The translations under genes were made by a program, and so were the position numbers. This document shows positions 41,626 through 51,451 of a stretch of 64,000 bases of DNA, one piece after another. The notes under the pieces were generated by a model. The model worked only from the letters and a program-made list of their open reading frames with translations, was not told the DNA's origin and did no database searches. This stretch comes from Anaeromyxobacteraceae bacterium (GTDB lineage Bacteria; Myxococcota; Myxococcia; Myxococcales; Anaeromyxobacteraceae), in contig JASGHJ010000001.1 in the NCBI GenBank assembly GCA_047602405.1, positions 2,304,001 through 2,368,000 of the forward strand, read 5' to 3'. Each line of letters starts with the position of its first letter. Positions within the stretch are counted from its first letter, which is position 1.

Positions 41626-41960
41626 AACTCCACCGCGCCGCGCGCGAGGTAGCGCGCGGTGGGCGGGACGAACGCGATGGGGAGGCGCGACGGCGGGAGC
41701 TCCCGCAGGAGCGCGAGGGCGCGCTGCTCGATGGCCCCGCGCGCGCCGGCCGGGCAGTCGATGCCGATGGCCCAGGTGAAGTAGGCCTCGCGGTCCTCCG
41801 GCAGGACCTCCATGACGCCGAGGCGCGCGGCGCTCACCTCGGGGCACTCGGCGAGGAGCCCGACGAGCGCCGCGAGCGCGTCGTTCGGCCGGTCCTCGGG
41901 GGCGCCGAGCCGGACCTGCGTGGCCCGCGAGAACTCCCAGGTGACGACGTGGCTCTCCAT
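41574..41960 (-). CDS. SseB C-terminal-domain-like protein
   Basis: VRLGAPED..P, PEVSAARL, C-terminal FYRR...WLARLFG. Confidence 0.6.
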   Translation of the reverse strand: MESHVVTWEFSRATQVRLGAPEDRPNDALAALVGLLAECPEVSAARLGVMEVLPEDREAYFTWAIGIDCPAGARGAIEQRALALLRELPPSRLPIAFVPPTARYLARGAVEFYRRAPRRSWLARLFGR

Positions 41961-42087
41961 GGCCCGCGAGCGTAACGCGCCCGGGGCCGCCGCCGATCAC
42001 CCTGAGGTGTGGCCCCGAAATCCGTGAGCCCCTCCACCAGTGGTGTAACTTCCGGGGCGCGCGCCGCGGCGGTGCGTGGCGCCGACC

Positions 42088-42684
42088 TCAGCCGGCGCGC
42101 TCGGCCCTGCGGCGCGCGGTCCCGAGGAAGATGCGCCGGATCCACGCGCTGAACGGGCCAATGAGGAGCCAGTACGCGCCGAACGCGAGCCCCGCGCGGC
42201 GGCCGCGCGTCCTCGCCCAGGTCTCGGTCCAGAGGATCGAGCCGCCCTCGTGCGGCTCGGCGCGGAAGTTCGCGACCACGCCCAGCGGCGCGCTCCCGAG
42301 CGCCTCCCGGAACGCCGCGGGTGACGCGCAGACCTCGCGCGCCGAGCGCCCCCGCGGCGGGAGCATGATCCCGAACACGAACTCCCGCCCGGCCTCCTCC
42401 TCGAGGATCGCGAACGGCGTGGTGGAGAAGGTCGCCCGCAGGGTCCAGTCCGCCGGGACACCCATCCCGCGCAGCGTGAAGAGCGCGCTCACGATCGGCA
42501 TCTCGCCGATGCGGGAGTCCGCGAGCGCCTCGAGCGCGCGGGCCGGCGGCGCCGCGATGGGGAGCTGGTGTGCCTCGAGGAGCCGGAAGCCGTCGCGCCA
42601 GCGGTCGAGCGCGCAGGCGGGCCTCCTGCTCGTCCCGAACGCAGGGCCGCGCAGCGACCCGAAGAAGGACCAGGGGTGGAGCAT
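42088..42684 (-). CDS. DUF2867-like hypothetical protein
   Basis: LFTLRG, EFVFG, ANFR, TET...FGAYWLLIGPFSAWIRR; start codon uncertain. Confidence 0.65.
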   Translation of the reverse strand: MLHPWSFFGSLRGPAFGTSRRPACALDRWRDGFRLLEAHQLPIAAPPARALEALADSRIGEMPIVSALFTLRGMGVPADWTLRATFSTTPFAILEEEAGREFVFGIMLPPRGRSAREVCASPAAFREALGSAPLGVVANFRAEPHEGGSILWTETWARTRGRRAGLAFGAYWLLIGPFSAWIRRIFLGTARRRAERAG

Positions 42685-42767
42685 GCGGGGATTCTGGCCG
42701 GGAGCGCCCGGCCGCGCGAGCCCGTCCGCAGCCCTCGCCGGGTGCCCGCCGGCCGGCCCGCCCTGCG

Positions 42768-42796
42768 TTGAACCGGCCGGTGCCGCGTGCTACACC
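42768..42796 (+). promoter_or_regulatory. Putative sigma70 promoter of rnpB
   Basis: TTGAAC, 17 bp, TACACC with an extended -10 TG; ends ~8 nt before the RNase P P1 helix. Confidence 0.55.
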
Positions 42797-42803
42797 CGCG
42801 ATG

Positions 42804-43210
42804 CCGGAGCCGCCCGGGCGTACGCGTCGGCCTGCAGGGCAGGGGTCGCCGAGGAAAGTCCGGGCACCACAGGGCAGGGTGCCGGCCAACGGCCGGTCGG
42901 GGTGACCCGCAGGAAAGTGCAACAGAGAGCAGACCGCCGAACGGCGCCGCGAGGCGCGCGTGGCAAGGGTGAAACGGTGCGGTAAGAGCGCACCGCGCTC
43001 CCGGTGACGGGGGCGGCATGGCAAACCCCACCTGGTGCAAGAGCAAATAGGGAGGCGTCCTCGCCGCGAGGCGAGGTGTCAGGCGGCCCGCCTCAAGCCT
43101 CCGGGTACGGCTCGCTCGAGGCGCGCAGCAATGCGTGTCCCAGATGAATGTCCGCCGCCGCGGAGAGCATCCCGCGGATACAGAACCCGGCTTACAGGGC
43201 GGCTCCGGTC
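42804..43210 (+). ncRNA. rnpB: RNase P RNA (bacterial type A)
   Basis: Conserved GAGGAAAGTCCGGGC, GGAAAGTGCAACAG, GGTGAAACGGTGCGGTAAGAGCGCACC, GGCAAACCCC and ACAGAACCCGGCTTAC; P1 pairing of ccggagccgccc (42804) with gggcggctccgg (43197-43208). Confidence 0.97.
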
Positions 43211-43409
43211 TTTCTTCGCGCAGGGCGGCAGGTGCTATCAAATTGGATAGCAACCGCAGGCTTCTGACGAGCGCGCTGTCTGCCGTACCCGGTCGGGTGA
43301 AAAGTACAACATCCGGATGTTGTAACTTTCGGGGCGTGACTCGACGGCCCGACGCCGTGGCCCTCGAGCTCACGGCGCGGCGCTTCACCTGCACGCCCCG
43401 CCGCCCGGC

Positions 43410-43760
43410 TCACCAGCCCAGGAGCACCTCGAACCCGGCCATGGCCATGCGCTTCACGTCGAAGGGCATCGTGGTCATGCCGGCCATGCGCGGGTCCTTC
43501 ATGACCTTCGCGTTAACCCGGTCGCGGTGGGCGCGCGACCGGTAGAGGATGAAGGAGAACACCACGGTCTCGCCGGCCTTCAGGCGGGCCATCTTCTTGA
43601 AGCCCTGGCCGAAGCCCTTCAGGTCCTCGGCGACGCACTCCCGGTAGCCGAGCGCGCCGTGGTCCTTCCACACCCTGGCGCCGAGCTTCGCCATGGCGAG
43701 GTACGCCTTCAGCTGCTTCCGGGGAATCGGGATGACGAAGCCGTCCACGTAGCCGGGCAT
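43410..43760 (-). CDS. DUF1428 (YbaA) family protein
   Basis: YVDGFVIP, W..HGAL.YRECVAED, ETVVFSFI, HRDRVNAKVMKDPR, PFDVKRM..GF. Confidence 0.92.
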   Translation of the reverse strand: MPGYVDGFVIPIPRKQLKAYLAMAKLGARVWKDHGALGYRECVAEDLKGFGQGFKKMARLKAGETVVFSFILYRSRAHRDRVNAKVMKDPRMAGMTTMPFDVKRMAMAGFEVLLGW

Positions 43761-43838
43761 GAGCACCTCCGGGTCGCCGGCGACGTCGGTCGGTCCGCGT
43801 CGCAGGGCGCCGGACGAGGAGCGTACGCCGGTCCCCCG

Positions 43839-44937
43839 TCATCGGAGCAGCCCGGGCCACCATCGCCACTCGCACGTGTCGGCGAGGCGGGGGTCGTAGG
43901 CCGCGGACATGCCACCGAGGATCACGGTCCCGTCGCGGCCGATGCTCACGTCACGTGAATGCGCGACGGCAGGGAGCTCGACCGTGCCGCAGGACTCGCC
44001 GTTCGGGGCGATGAGCTCGATCCCGACGTGCTCGTGGTCGAAGACGGACGGGGGCAGGATCGCGTTCGCGCCGCCGCCCCGGACGAGGACCACGTTCCAG
44101 GGAGGGACGCCGTCGAGCCACGCGGGCGCCGCAGCGACCTGCGTGTCGTCGTCGCGGACCGTGCCCCACGTCTCGCCGAGCGGTGCCTGCTGCCAGACCG
44201 CGAGGGAGCCATCGGCGAGGAGCGTCGACGCAGGGACGGCGGGCCACGCCACGCCCGGGTTCGCGAACGGCTCGGACGTCGGGCCCTTCGGCCCGACCCA
44301 CCGGAGCAACGATCGTGGCGCTGCGCCCCCGTCGTCCGCCGTGACCGCGACGAGCGCATGGCCCGATCGCCCCACGCCCACGACGCCGTAGAGCCCGGGG
44401 AGGGCCAGGGCGGCGGTGACCGCGCCGGCGGCGGTCCTCCATTGCACCTCCGGGGCCGCAGGACCGTCGCGGTGCTCGAGGAACACGACCGAATCCGCCC
44501 CGTGGGTTCACGTGGACGGAGGCGCCCGAGGCCTCCTCGTACACGCGCCTCCCGCCGAGTGCGTCGACCCCCACGAACGCCCGGGTGGAGGTCCCCTCGG
44601 TCATCTGAAAGCCGTCCTCCATGGGCGCGAAGGTCGGGCTCGCGGGATAGGTCACGAACATGCTCGCCAGGGGCGCGCCTCCCGCGATGGGGACGAAGTC
44701 GAACGTCCATGCGCGCGGGTACCCGTGCCCGAGCGCCACGTACCTCCCGGTCCCGTCGGTGGTGCCGAGACAGCCCTCCGAGTAGGTGCCCTTGCCGGTC
44801 GCCGTCGTGAACGGGCCCGGAGCGGGGACGAGCCCCTCGCAGGTGGATGGCGGGGCCGACGGGGCCGGTGTCGAGCCGGGCGTGCAGGCCACCAGCCAGG
44901 CGCCGCATGCGACGCCGCGAAGCCGCCTCCAGCTCAT
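43839..44937 (-). CDS. Hypothetical lipoprotein (beta-rich); apparent +1 frameshift at ~44492
   Basis: LVAC lipobox in one frame; deleting one base in ggattcg joins NPRGGSVVFLEHRDG to the 43839..44486 frame, ending GRDGTVI...CEWRWWPGLLR. Confidence 0.7.
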
Positions 44938-45172
44938 CCCCACCCCCCGTGGGAAACCCTTGCCCCGGTGAAAGGATGCCGAGGCGGCCGGTGAACGGAA
45001 GGGCTCCTGGGAGGGCGGCCTCGTCGTCACCACCGCGCGTGACGTGACGTGCCGTCCACACCCGCACAGTCCGTGCGGCCATCTGCCACGCTCCGCGCCA
45101 GGCCCTCCCGCCGCCGTGGAGGGCGGGTCCGTGGGATGCTACGCAGAGGATGGCCGAGGGGAGGGTGACCTG

Positions 45173-45715
45173 GTGAAGAGGTTCCTGATCGCGGCGTGCT
45201 TGCTCTTGCCGGTCGCGCTCGTGGCCCGCGCCAACTCCGCGCCGCCTCTGACCTACTGGATCCACGAGGACGCGCCGGGCGCGGTGCGGATCTGCGCGAG
45301 CGGGGAGGACTGCTCCGGCCGCGTGCTCCTCCGCCGGGACGTCGCCACGGGCGCCGTCGTGTCGATGACCTCCTGCGGGAGCGGCGCGACCGCCGGGTGT
45401 TACCTCGACGAGTGTGTCCCCGCGGGCACGTACCAGTACGGCCTCCAGGTGCCCTACGCCTGCGACGAGCGCTGGGGCGCGTTCTACTACGCGCAGGAAG
45501 ACGTGGTCGGCGCGCCCGCGGGCTGCACGCGCACGCTGCCAGCGCCTGTGGCCGCGGCGTCCGTGCCGTGGGGGGCGTCGGACGTGATCTGCACGTCGAA
45601 CTACCACGGCCCCGAGACCACGGTCGGCTGCTCGAGCACCGGCGCGGTCGTGGGGCTCAACCTCCTCGCCATCGGCGCGGGCCTCGCGCTGCGCCGCCGC
45701 CGGCGCGCCGGGTGA
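45173..45715 (+). CDS. Cys-rich secreted protein with MYXO-CTERM-like C-terminal anchor
   Basis: Signal peptide; C-terminus GCSSTG + hydrophobic helix + RRRRR. Confidence 0.75.
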   Translation: MKRFLIAACLLLPVALVARANSAPPLTYWIHEDAPGAVRICASGEDCSGRVLLRRDVATGAVVSMTSCGSGATAGCYLDECVPAGTYQYGLQVPYACDERWGAFYYAQEDVVGAPAGCTRTLPAPVAAASVPWGASDVICTSNYHGPETTVGCSSTGAVVGLNLLAIGAGLALRRRRRAG

Positions 45716-46026
45716 GCGGGTACGCGGCCGCGCTCGCGCTGACGCTCGCGGTGGAGGTGCCGCTCGTGGCGGCCCTCTTCCCCGGGCGGCGCCTCCGCAT
45801 GGCGGCGCTCGCGGCGGTCGCCACGACGGCGACGCACCTCTTCATGGGCTTCGGCCTCCCGCGGCTCGTCGCGCCGGGCGCGTGGCTCCTCGCCGGCGAG
45901 GCCTTCGCCACCGCCGCCGAGGCCGCGGCCTACGCCCTCGCGACGCGGAACCTCCCGCGCGCGCTCGTGGCGTCCGGCCTCGCGAACCTGGCGAGCTTCC
46001 TCGCCGGGGCGTGGCTCCTCGGCTGA
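45712..46026 (+). CDS. Small membrane protein
   Basis: GTGA overlap; LALTLAVEVPLV...EAAAY...ANLASFLAG hydrophobic helices. Confidence 0.7.
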   Translation: MSGYAAALALTLAVEVPLVAALFPGRRLRMAALAAVATTATHLFMGFGLPRLVAPGAWLLAGEAFATAAEAAAYALATRNLPRALVASGLANLASFLAGAWLLG

Positions 46027-46045
46027 AGGCGCCGGGTCCGCAACC

Positions 46046-47395
46046 TCACCCGATCGATCTCCCCGCCGCGAGCGCGGGCTCCGGCGGCTCGTCGGGCCGC
46101 TCGAGGTCGTCCGCCACGCCGGGGGCGGCGTCGCGGGTCAGCCGCACCACCACGAGGTGCATCCAGACCAGGCAGCCGAGCGACAGGGCGAAGAGCACGG
46201 CGAAGGTCGTCGTCGGCAGGCGCGTCGCCTGCGCCATCGCGCCGAAGGCGATCGGCATGACGAAGCCGCCGAGGCCCCCGATGACGCCCACGAGCCCACC
46301 GACGGCGCCCACCTGCTCCGGGAAGTACGTCGGGATGTGCTTGAACACGGCGGCCTTGCCGACGCCCATCGCGATCCCGAGGACGAACACGAGCGCGGTG
46401 AAGGGCCCCGGGGTCATGTGCAGGACGAGCCGAGCCCCCGCCGGGCCCGCGGCGTAGGCCCCGGGCGGCGAGAGGGCGACGTCCATGTCCGGGACCGCGA
46501 GCAGGAGGGACGCGACCGTGCAGATCGCGAGCACCCAGTACATCACGGTCCGTGCACCGTACCGATCCGACAGCCAACCGCCCGGCGCCCGGATGATCCC
46601 GGACGGGAACACGAAGATCGCGGTGAGCAGGGCCGCGTCGCGCAGCGAGAGGCCGAAGACGTCGATGTAGTACTTGGGCAGCCAGAGCGAGAGCGCGACG
46701 TAGCCGCCGAAGACGAGGAAGTAGTAGAGGCCGAACCGCCAGACCCGCAGGTGCCGGAGGGGCGCGAGGAGCTCCGCCACGCCCTTCTGCTTGTGGTGGG
46801 CGTGATCGGTGTAGGTGAGCGGGTAGTAGCAGGCGGCCATCACGAGCACGCCCACCGCGTAGACGAAGGGCACGAAGCGCCAGCCGCCCGGGACGAGCCC
46901 GGCGCCGCCCGCCGGCACCACCAGCATGAGCCCCGGCGCGAACAGCTTCGTGAGCGAGGCGCCGGTGTTGCCCGCGCCGAAGATCCCCAGCGCCGTCCCC
47001 TGGAGCCGCTGCGGGAACCAGGCCGAGGTGTAGGCGATCCCGACCGCGAACGAGGTGCCCGCCATGCCGAGCGCGAGGCCGAGCGCGATGAACTGCCAGT
47101 AACGGTCCGCGAGGCAGATCAGGAGGAGGGGCGCGGCGGTGAACACGAGCAGGGCGGTGAAGATCGGGCGCCCGCCCCACCGGTCGGTGGCCATGCCCAT
47201 CGGGAGGCGGAGGAGCGAGCCGGTGAGGATCGGCACCGCGACCAGGGTGGCGAACTCGGTCTCGGTGAGCCCGAGCTCCTTGCGGATCGGGATGCCGATG
47301 ATGGCGAAGACCACCCACACGGCGAACAGCACCGTGAACCCGAGGGTGTTCAGGGCGAGGACGCGGGTCCGCCGCCGGCCCAGGTCGATCGTCAT
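46046..47395 (-). CDS. narK: Nitrate/nitrite MFS transporter (NarK1-type)
   Basis: PILTGSLLRLP, GTALGIFGAGNTG, FGLYYFLVFGGYV, GAVGGLVGVIGGLGGF. Confidence 0.92.
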   Translation of the reverse strand: MTIDLGRRRTRVLALNTLGFTVLFAVWVVFAIIGIPIRKELGLTETEFATLVAVPILTGSLLRLPMGMATDRWGGRPIFTALLVFTAAPLLLICLADRYWQFIALGLALGMAGTSFAVGIAYTSAWFPQRLQGTALGIFGAGNTGASLTKLFAPGLMLVVPAGGAGLVPGGWRFVPFVYAVGVLVMAACYYPLTYTDHAHHKQKGVAELLAPLRHLRVWRFGLYYFLVFGGYVALSLWLPKYYIDVFGLSLRDAALLTAIFVFPSGIIRAPGGWLSDRYGARTVMYWVLAICTVASLLLAVPDMDVALSPPGAYAAGPAGARLVLHMTPGPFTALVFVLGIAMGVGKAAVFKHIPTYFPEQVGAVGGLVGVIGGLGGFVMPIAFGAMAQATRLPTTTFAVLFALSLGCLVWMHLVVVRLTRDAAPGVADDLERPDEPPEPALAAGRSIG

Positions 47396-47405
47396 GGCGT
47401 CCCCC

Positions 47406-48779
47406 TCAGCACGGGAGCTCGGCGCCCCGCCGGGCGTACACCCACCAGGTGACCGCGATGCAGCTCAGGTACACGACGATGAAGCCCACGATCGCGGCCG
47501 CCGGGGAGCCCGTCGCCGACATCGAGGCGCCGAATGCGCGCGGGACGAAGAAGGCCCCGTAGGCGGCGATCGCCGAGCTGAAGCCGATGACGGCCGCGGA
47601 CTCCTTCGCGGCGTCCCTGCGGGCGAGCCCGAGCGCGGTGGCGTCCGCGCCCGCCCGCCGCTCGTGGAAGGTCGCGAACATCACGGGGATCATCCGGAAG
47701 GTCGAGCCGTTGCCGATGCCGGAGGTGGCGAACAGGAGGAGGAACATGGCGAGGAACCCCGGGAAGCTCCCGGGCGCGCCCCCGCGGGGGAGGAAGGCGA
47801 GCACGCCGGCCGCGAACGCCGCCATCGCGCCGAAGTTCCAGAGCGTCACCCGGGCGCCGCCGAGCCGGTCGGCGAGCCAGCCGCCCACGGGCCGGGCGAG
47901 GGCCCCCACGAGCGGGCCGAGGAAGGCGTACTTCACCGGGTTCACTCCCGGGAACAGGGCCTTCGCGAGGAGGGGGAGGCCGGCGGAGAAGCCGATGAAC
48001 GAGCCGAACGTGCCGGTGTAGAGCCAGCACATGATCCAGTTGTGCCCGCGCCGGAAGACCACGGCCTGCTCGCGGAAGGAGGCGCGGGCCGACGCGAGGT
48101 CGTTCATGCCGAACCACGCGGCGACGACCGACGCGACGACGAACGGCACCCAGATGAACCCCGCGTTCTGGAGCCAGACCGCCCCGCCCTTCGCCGTCAC
48201 CTGGGGCTGGCCGCCCAGGGCGCCGAACACCGAGGTCGTGACGACGAGGGGGACCACGAACTGCATCGTCGACACGCCGAGGTTGCCCAGGCCGGCGTTC
48301 AGCCCGAGGGCGATGCCCTTGCGGTCCTTCGGGAAGAAGAAGCTGATGTTCGCCATGCTCGAGGCGAAGTTTCCGCCGCCGAGGCCGCAGAGGAGGGCGA
48401 GCACGAGCATCGTGGCGTAGGAGGTGGAGGGGTCCTGCACCGCCCAGCCGATGCCCACCGCCGGGACGAGCAGGGACGCCGTCGAGATCGCCGTCCAGCG
48501 GCGCCCGCCGAACACGGGCACCGCGAAGGAGTAGAAGATGCGCAGGGTCGCGCCGGAGAGCCCGGGCAGCGCAGCCAGCCAGAACAGCTGATCGGTCGTG
48601 AACGGGAACCCGACCTCCGGGAGCCGCACGACGACGACGCTCCAGACCATCCAGACCGCGAAGGCGAGGAGCAGGGCCGGGATCGACAGCCAGAGGTTCC
48701 GCTGCGCGATCGCGCTGCCCCCCGCCTCCCAGGCGGTGCGGTCCTCCGGGTCCCACCGCTCGATGACGCTGGCGCTCAT
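47406..48779 (-). CDS. narK: Nitrate/nitrite MFS transporter (NarK2/NarU-type)
   Basis: WDPED...RNLWLSIPALLLAF, GGGNFASSMANISFFFP, GIGNGSTFRMIP. Confidence 0.95.
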   Translation of the reverse strand: MSASVIERWDPEDRTAWEAGGSAIAQRNLWLSIPALLLAFAVWMVWSVVVVRLPEVGFPFTTDQLFWLAALPGLSGATLRIFYSFAVPVFGGRRWTAISTASLLVPAVGIGWAVQDPSTSYATMLVLALLCGLGGGNFASSMANISFFFPKDRKGIALGLNAGLGNLGVSTMQFVVPLVVTTSVFGALGGQPQVTAKGGAVWLQNAGFIWVPFVVASVVAAWFGMNDLASARASFREQAVVFRRGHNWIMCWLYTGTFGSFIGFSAGLPLLAKALFPGVNPVKYAFLGPLVGALARPVGGWLADRLGGARVTLWNFGAMAAFAAGVLAFLPRGGAPGSFPGFLAMFLLLFATSGIGNGSTFRMIPVMFATFHERRAGADATALGLARRDAAKESAAVIGFSSAIAAYGAFFVPRAFGASMSATGSPAAAIVGFIVVYLSCIAVTWWVYARRGAELPC

Positions 48780-49453
48780 CGCGCACCTCCCGCCGTCGGC
48801 CGGGGGCGTCGCCAGACGACCACCTGCGGGAGCCGCCACACGTAGTGCGCCGGGACCACCAGCGCGTGCGCGAGCCGGGTGAACGGCACGAGGGCCACGA
48901 GCACGAGCGCGTTCAGGGCGTGGAGCTTGAAGGCGAGCGGGAGGTTCTCGACGAGGTCGACGCGCGGGGACAGGGTCAGGAGCGAGGCGAGCCACGGCGT
49001 CGCCGCGCGCGTGAACCAGGCGAGGCCCCACCGGGCGGTCACCGCGATCCACAGCCCCGACCCGACCTGCAGGAGGAGGAGCGCCAGCACGGTCCAGTCG
49101 AGCCAGGGGGTCCGGCCGCGGAGCACGAACCGGCGGGCCACGAGCACGAGGAGGCCCGCGAGCGCGGTGAGGCCGAGCGCGAACCCGGAGAGCTCGATCA
49201 CGAGCAGGCGCGCCGGCGCCGAGAGGAGCCACGCGAGGTGTCCGGGCAGGAAGATGGCGCAGAGGTGGACGAGGAGGACGAGGAGGATGCCGTAGTGCCA
49301 CGAGACCGCGCCCCAGTACTGGAGCCTCGCCTCGAGCAGCTGTGACGAGTGGGTGGTGACGGTCTCGCGGGCCGCGCCGAACCGGCGCAGGCCCCCGACC
49401 ACCGCGACGGCGAACAGGACGTAGGGGACGGTGCCGAACAAAAAGCCGTTCAT
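48776..49453 (-). CDS. narI: Respiratory nitrate reductase gamma subunit (cytochrome b)
   Basis: SSQLLE, WHYGIL..H, FKLH...PFTRLAH haem ligands. Confidence 0.93.
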   Translation of the reverse strand: MNGFLFGTVPYVLFAVAVVGGLRRFGAARETVTTHSSQLLEARLQYWGAVSWHYGILLVLLVHLCAIFLPGHLAWLLSAPARLLVIELSGFALGLTALAGLLVLVARRFVLRGRTPWLDWTVLALLLLQVGSGLWIAVTARWGLAWFTRAATPWLASLLTLSPRVDLVENLPLAFKLHALNALVLVALVPFTRLAHALVVPAHYVWRLPQVVVWRRPRPTAGGAR

Positions 49454-49971
49454 GGCGAGACCTCCTCGCGAAGTGCGTCGATCACCGAGGCGTAAGGGTT
49501 CGAGGACTCCCGCAGGCTCTCCGCCATGCGGTCGAGCGCGGGCCGCAGGGCGTCGGCGAGCAGCGCGTCGCGGCTCGCGCCGGCGGGCACCGCGGCCAGG
49601 TAGCGGAGGACGACCGCGAGGTGATCCGGGAGCTCCCCGCTGTCGTCCGCGAAGCCGTCGTCACGGTAGACGCCGGCGAGGCGGGCCATGAACGCCCCCC
49701 GCCGCGGGCTCTCGCCGCACAGGTGGTGGCCGAGGTAAGGCGGGCAGGCGGGGTCGAGGTCGAACGCCTCGGAGTAGCGCTCCTCGAGCTCGTGCGGCCC
49801 CGCGGCCGCGGCCACGGTGGCGAAGCGCTCGAGCCGCCGGGTCGCCTCGGGCCGCGCCACGAGGCCGAGGCACTCCCGGGCCACGTCGGCCGGGTCGCGT
49901 ACCGGGTACGTCAGGAGCTCCGCGAAGGCGCCCAGCGCGCGGTTCGAGACGGGTCGGGGGGACACGGTCAC
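49450..49971 (-). CDS. narJ: Nitrate reductase Mo-cofactor assembly chaperone
   Basis: LLTYP, YSEAFDL, ELPDHLAVVLRYL, NPY. Confidence 0.9.
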   Translation of the reverse strand: MTVSPRPVSNRALGAFAELLTYPVRDPADVARECLGLVARPEATRRLERFATVAAAAGPHELEERYSEAFDLDPACPPYLGHHLCGESPRRGAFMARLAGVYRDDGFADDSGELPDHLAVVLRYLAAVPAGASRDALLADALRPALDRMAESLRESSNPYASVIDALREEVSP

Positions 49972-51440
49972 CTCCCCGGCGGCGCGCGCAGGTAGGCGAA
50001 CCCGGCGGCGTTCTGGACCTGCGGCTCGCCGCTGGGCTCGGAGATCCCCTCCCGCATCATCGGGGGGATGACGATGCGCTCCTCCATGCTGGCGAGCGCG
50101 GTCAGGCGGTAGATCGCGTCGGCGTCCGCCGCGCCCAGCCCGGCCTGGTCCAGCGCCTGCGCCGCCGCCGCGGGGTCGAGGTCCCCGACCCTCGTGGAGC
50201 GGCGGTGCAGCCGGACCGCGATGAGCTTGCGGTACGTCGCGCGGATCACGTCCTCGTTGCCCGCCGAGAAGAGGCTCGCGAGGTAGCGGATTGGCAGCCG
50301 GGCGCCCTCCAGGGAGGTGAAGAACGCGCCCGCGCCCTCCTGGGCGTCCTGCGCCATCGCCGGGAGCAGCGGCGGCACGTAGAAGAGCATCGGGAGGGTC
50401 CGGTACTCCGCGTGGAGCGGGAGCGCGATCCCCCAGTCCTTCACGAAGCGCAGCACCGGCGACCGGCGCGCCGCGTCGATCACCGCGTCGGGGATCCCGC
50501 TCGCGTGCGCCGCGGCGGCCACGGCGGGATCGCGGGGATCGAGCACGAGGCTCCGCTGCGCCTCGACGAGCGCGGCCTCGTCGGCCCCGGCGACCTCGCG
50601 GAGCCGGTCGGCGTCGTAGAGGAGCACACCCAGGTAGCGGATCCGCCCGACGCAGGTGTGGAAGCACGCGGGCGCCTCGCCGGCCTCGAGGCGCGGGTAG
50701 CACAGGATGCACTTCTCCGACTTGCCGGTGGACCAGTTGAAGTAGATCTTCTTGTACGGGCAGGCCGAGATGCACATGCGCCAGCCCCGGCAGCGCTCCT
50801 GGTTCACGAGCACGATGCCGTCCTCGCCGCGCTTCGTGATGGCGCCGGAGGGGCACGCCGCGACGCACGCCGCGTTCAGGCAGTGGTTGCAGATGCGCGG
50901 GAGGTAGAAGAACACCATCCGCTCGATGCTCTGGAGCTCCGCGCGCTCCTCCGCCGAGACCTTCGCCAGGTTCGGATCCTGCGCGGCGTAGACGTTCGAG
51001 CCCGAGAGGTCGTCGTCCCAGTTCGGGCCGGAGCGGATCTCCAGGGGCTTCCCGTCCAGGACCGAGACGGGCCGCGCGGTGGGCTGGTCGGCGCCCGCGG
51101 GCGCGTCGAACAGCTCGCCGTAGCGGTAGGTGAAGGGGTGGTAGTAGTCGTCGAGGACCGGCAGCCCCGGGTTGGAGAAGAGGCGGCCGAGCGTCGCGAG
51201 CTTGCCGCCCTGGCGCAGCGTGAGCGCGTCGCCGTCCTTCCTCCACCCGCCGCGGTGGTGCTCCTGATCCTCCCAGGCGACCGGGTAGCCGGTGCCGGGC
51301 TTCGTCTCGACGTTGTTCCACCACGCGTACTCGACGCCGCGGCGGTCGGTCCACTGGTTCTTGCAGGCGACGCTGCAGGTGTGACAGCCGATGCACTTGT
51401 CGAGGTGGAACACCATCGAGATCTGCGAGCGGACGTCCAT
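49968..51440 (-). CDS. narH: Respiratory nitrate reductase beta subunit
   Basis: LDKCIGCHTCSVACKN, WNNVETKPG, PRICNHCLN, CRGWRMCISACPYKK. Confidence 0.97.
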   Translation of the reverse strand: MDVRSQISMVFHLDKCIGCHTCSVACKNQWTDRRGVEYAWWNNVETKPGTGYPVAWEDQEHHRGGWRKDGDALTLRQGGKLATLGRLFSNPGLPVLDDYYHPFTYRYGELFDAPAGADQPTARPVSVLDGKPLEIRSGPNWDDDLSGSNVYAAQDPNLAKVSAEERAELQSIERMVFFYLPRICNHCLNAACVAACPSGAITKRGEDGIVLVNQERCRGWRMCISACPYKKIYFNWSTGKSEKCILCYPRLEAGEAPACFHTCVGRIRYLGVLLYDADRLREVAGADEAALVEAQRSLVLDPRDPAVAAAAHASGIPDAVIDAARRSPVLRFVKDWGIALPLHAEYRTLPMLFYVPPLLPAMAQDAQEGAGAFFTSLEGARLPIRYLASLFSAGNEDVIRATYRKLIAVRLHRRSTRVGDLDPAAAAQALDQAGLGAADADAIYRLTALASMEERIVIPPMMREGISEPSGEPQVQNAAGFAYLRAPPGR

Positions 51441-51451
51441 GGGCGGCCTCC

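Noticed and set aside
42570..43250. Short ORFs overlapping 42.8-43.2 kb
   Set aside because: The region is explained by the RNase P RNA.
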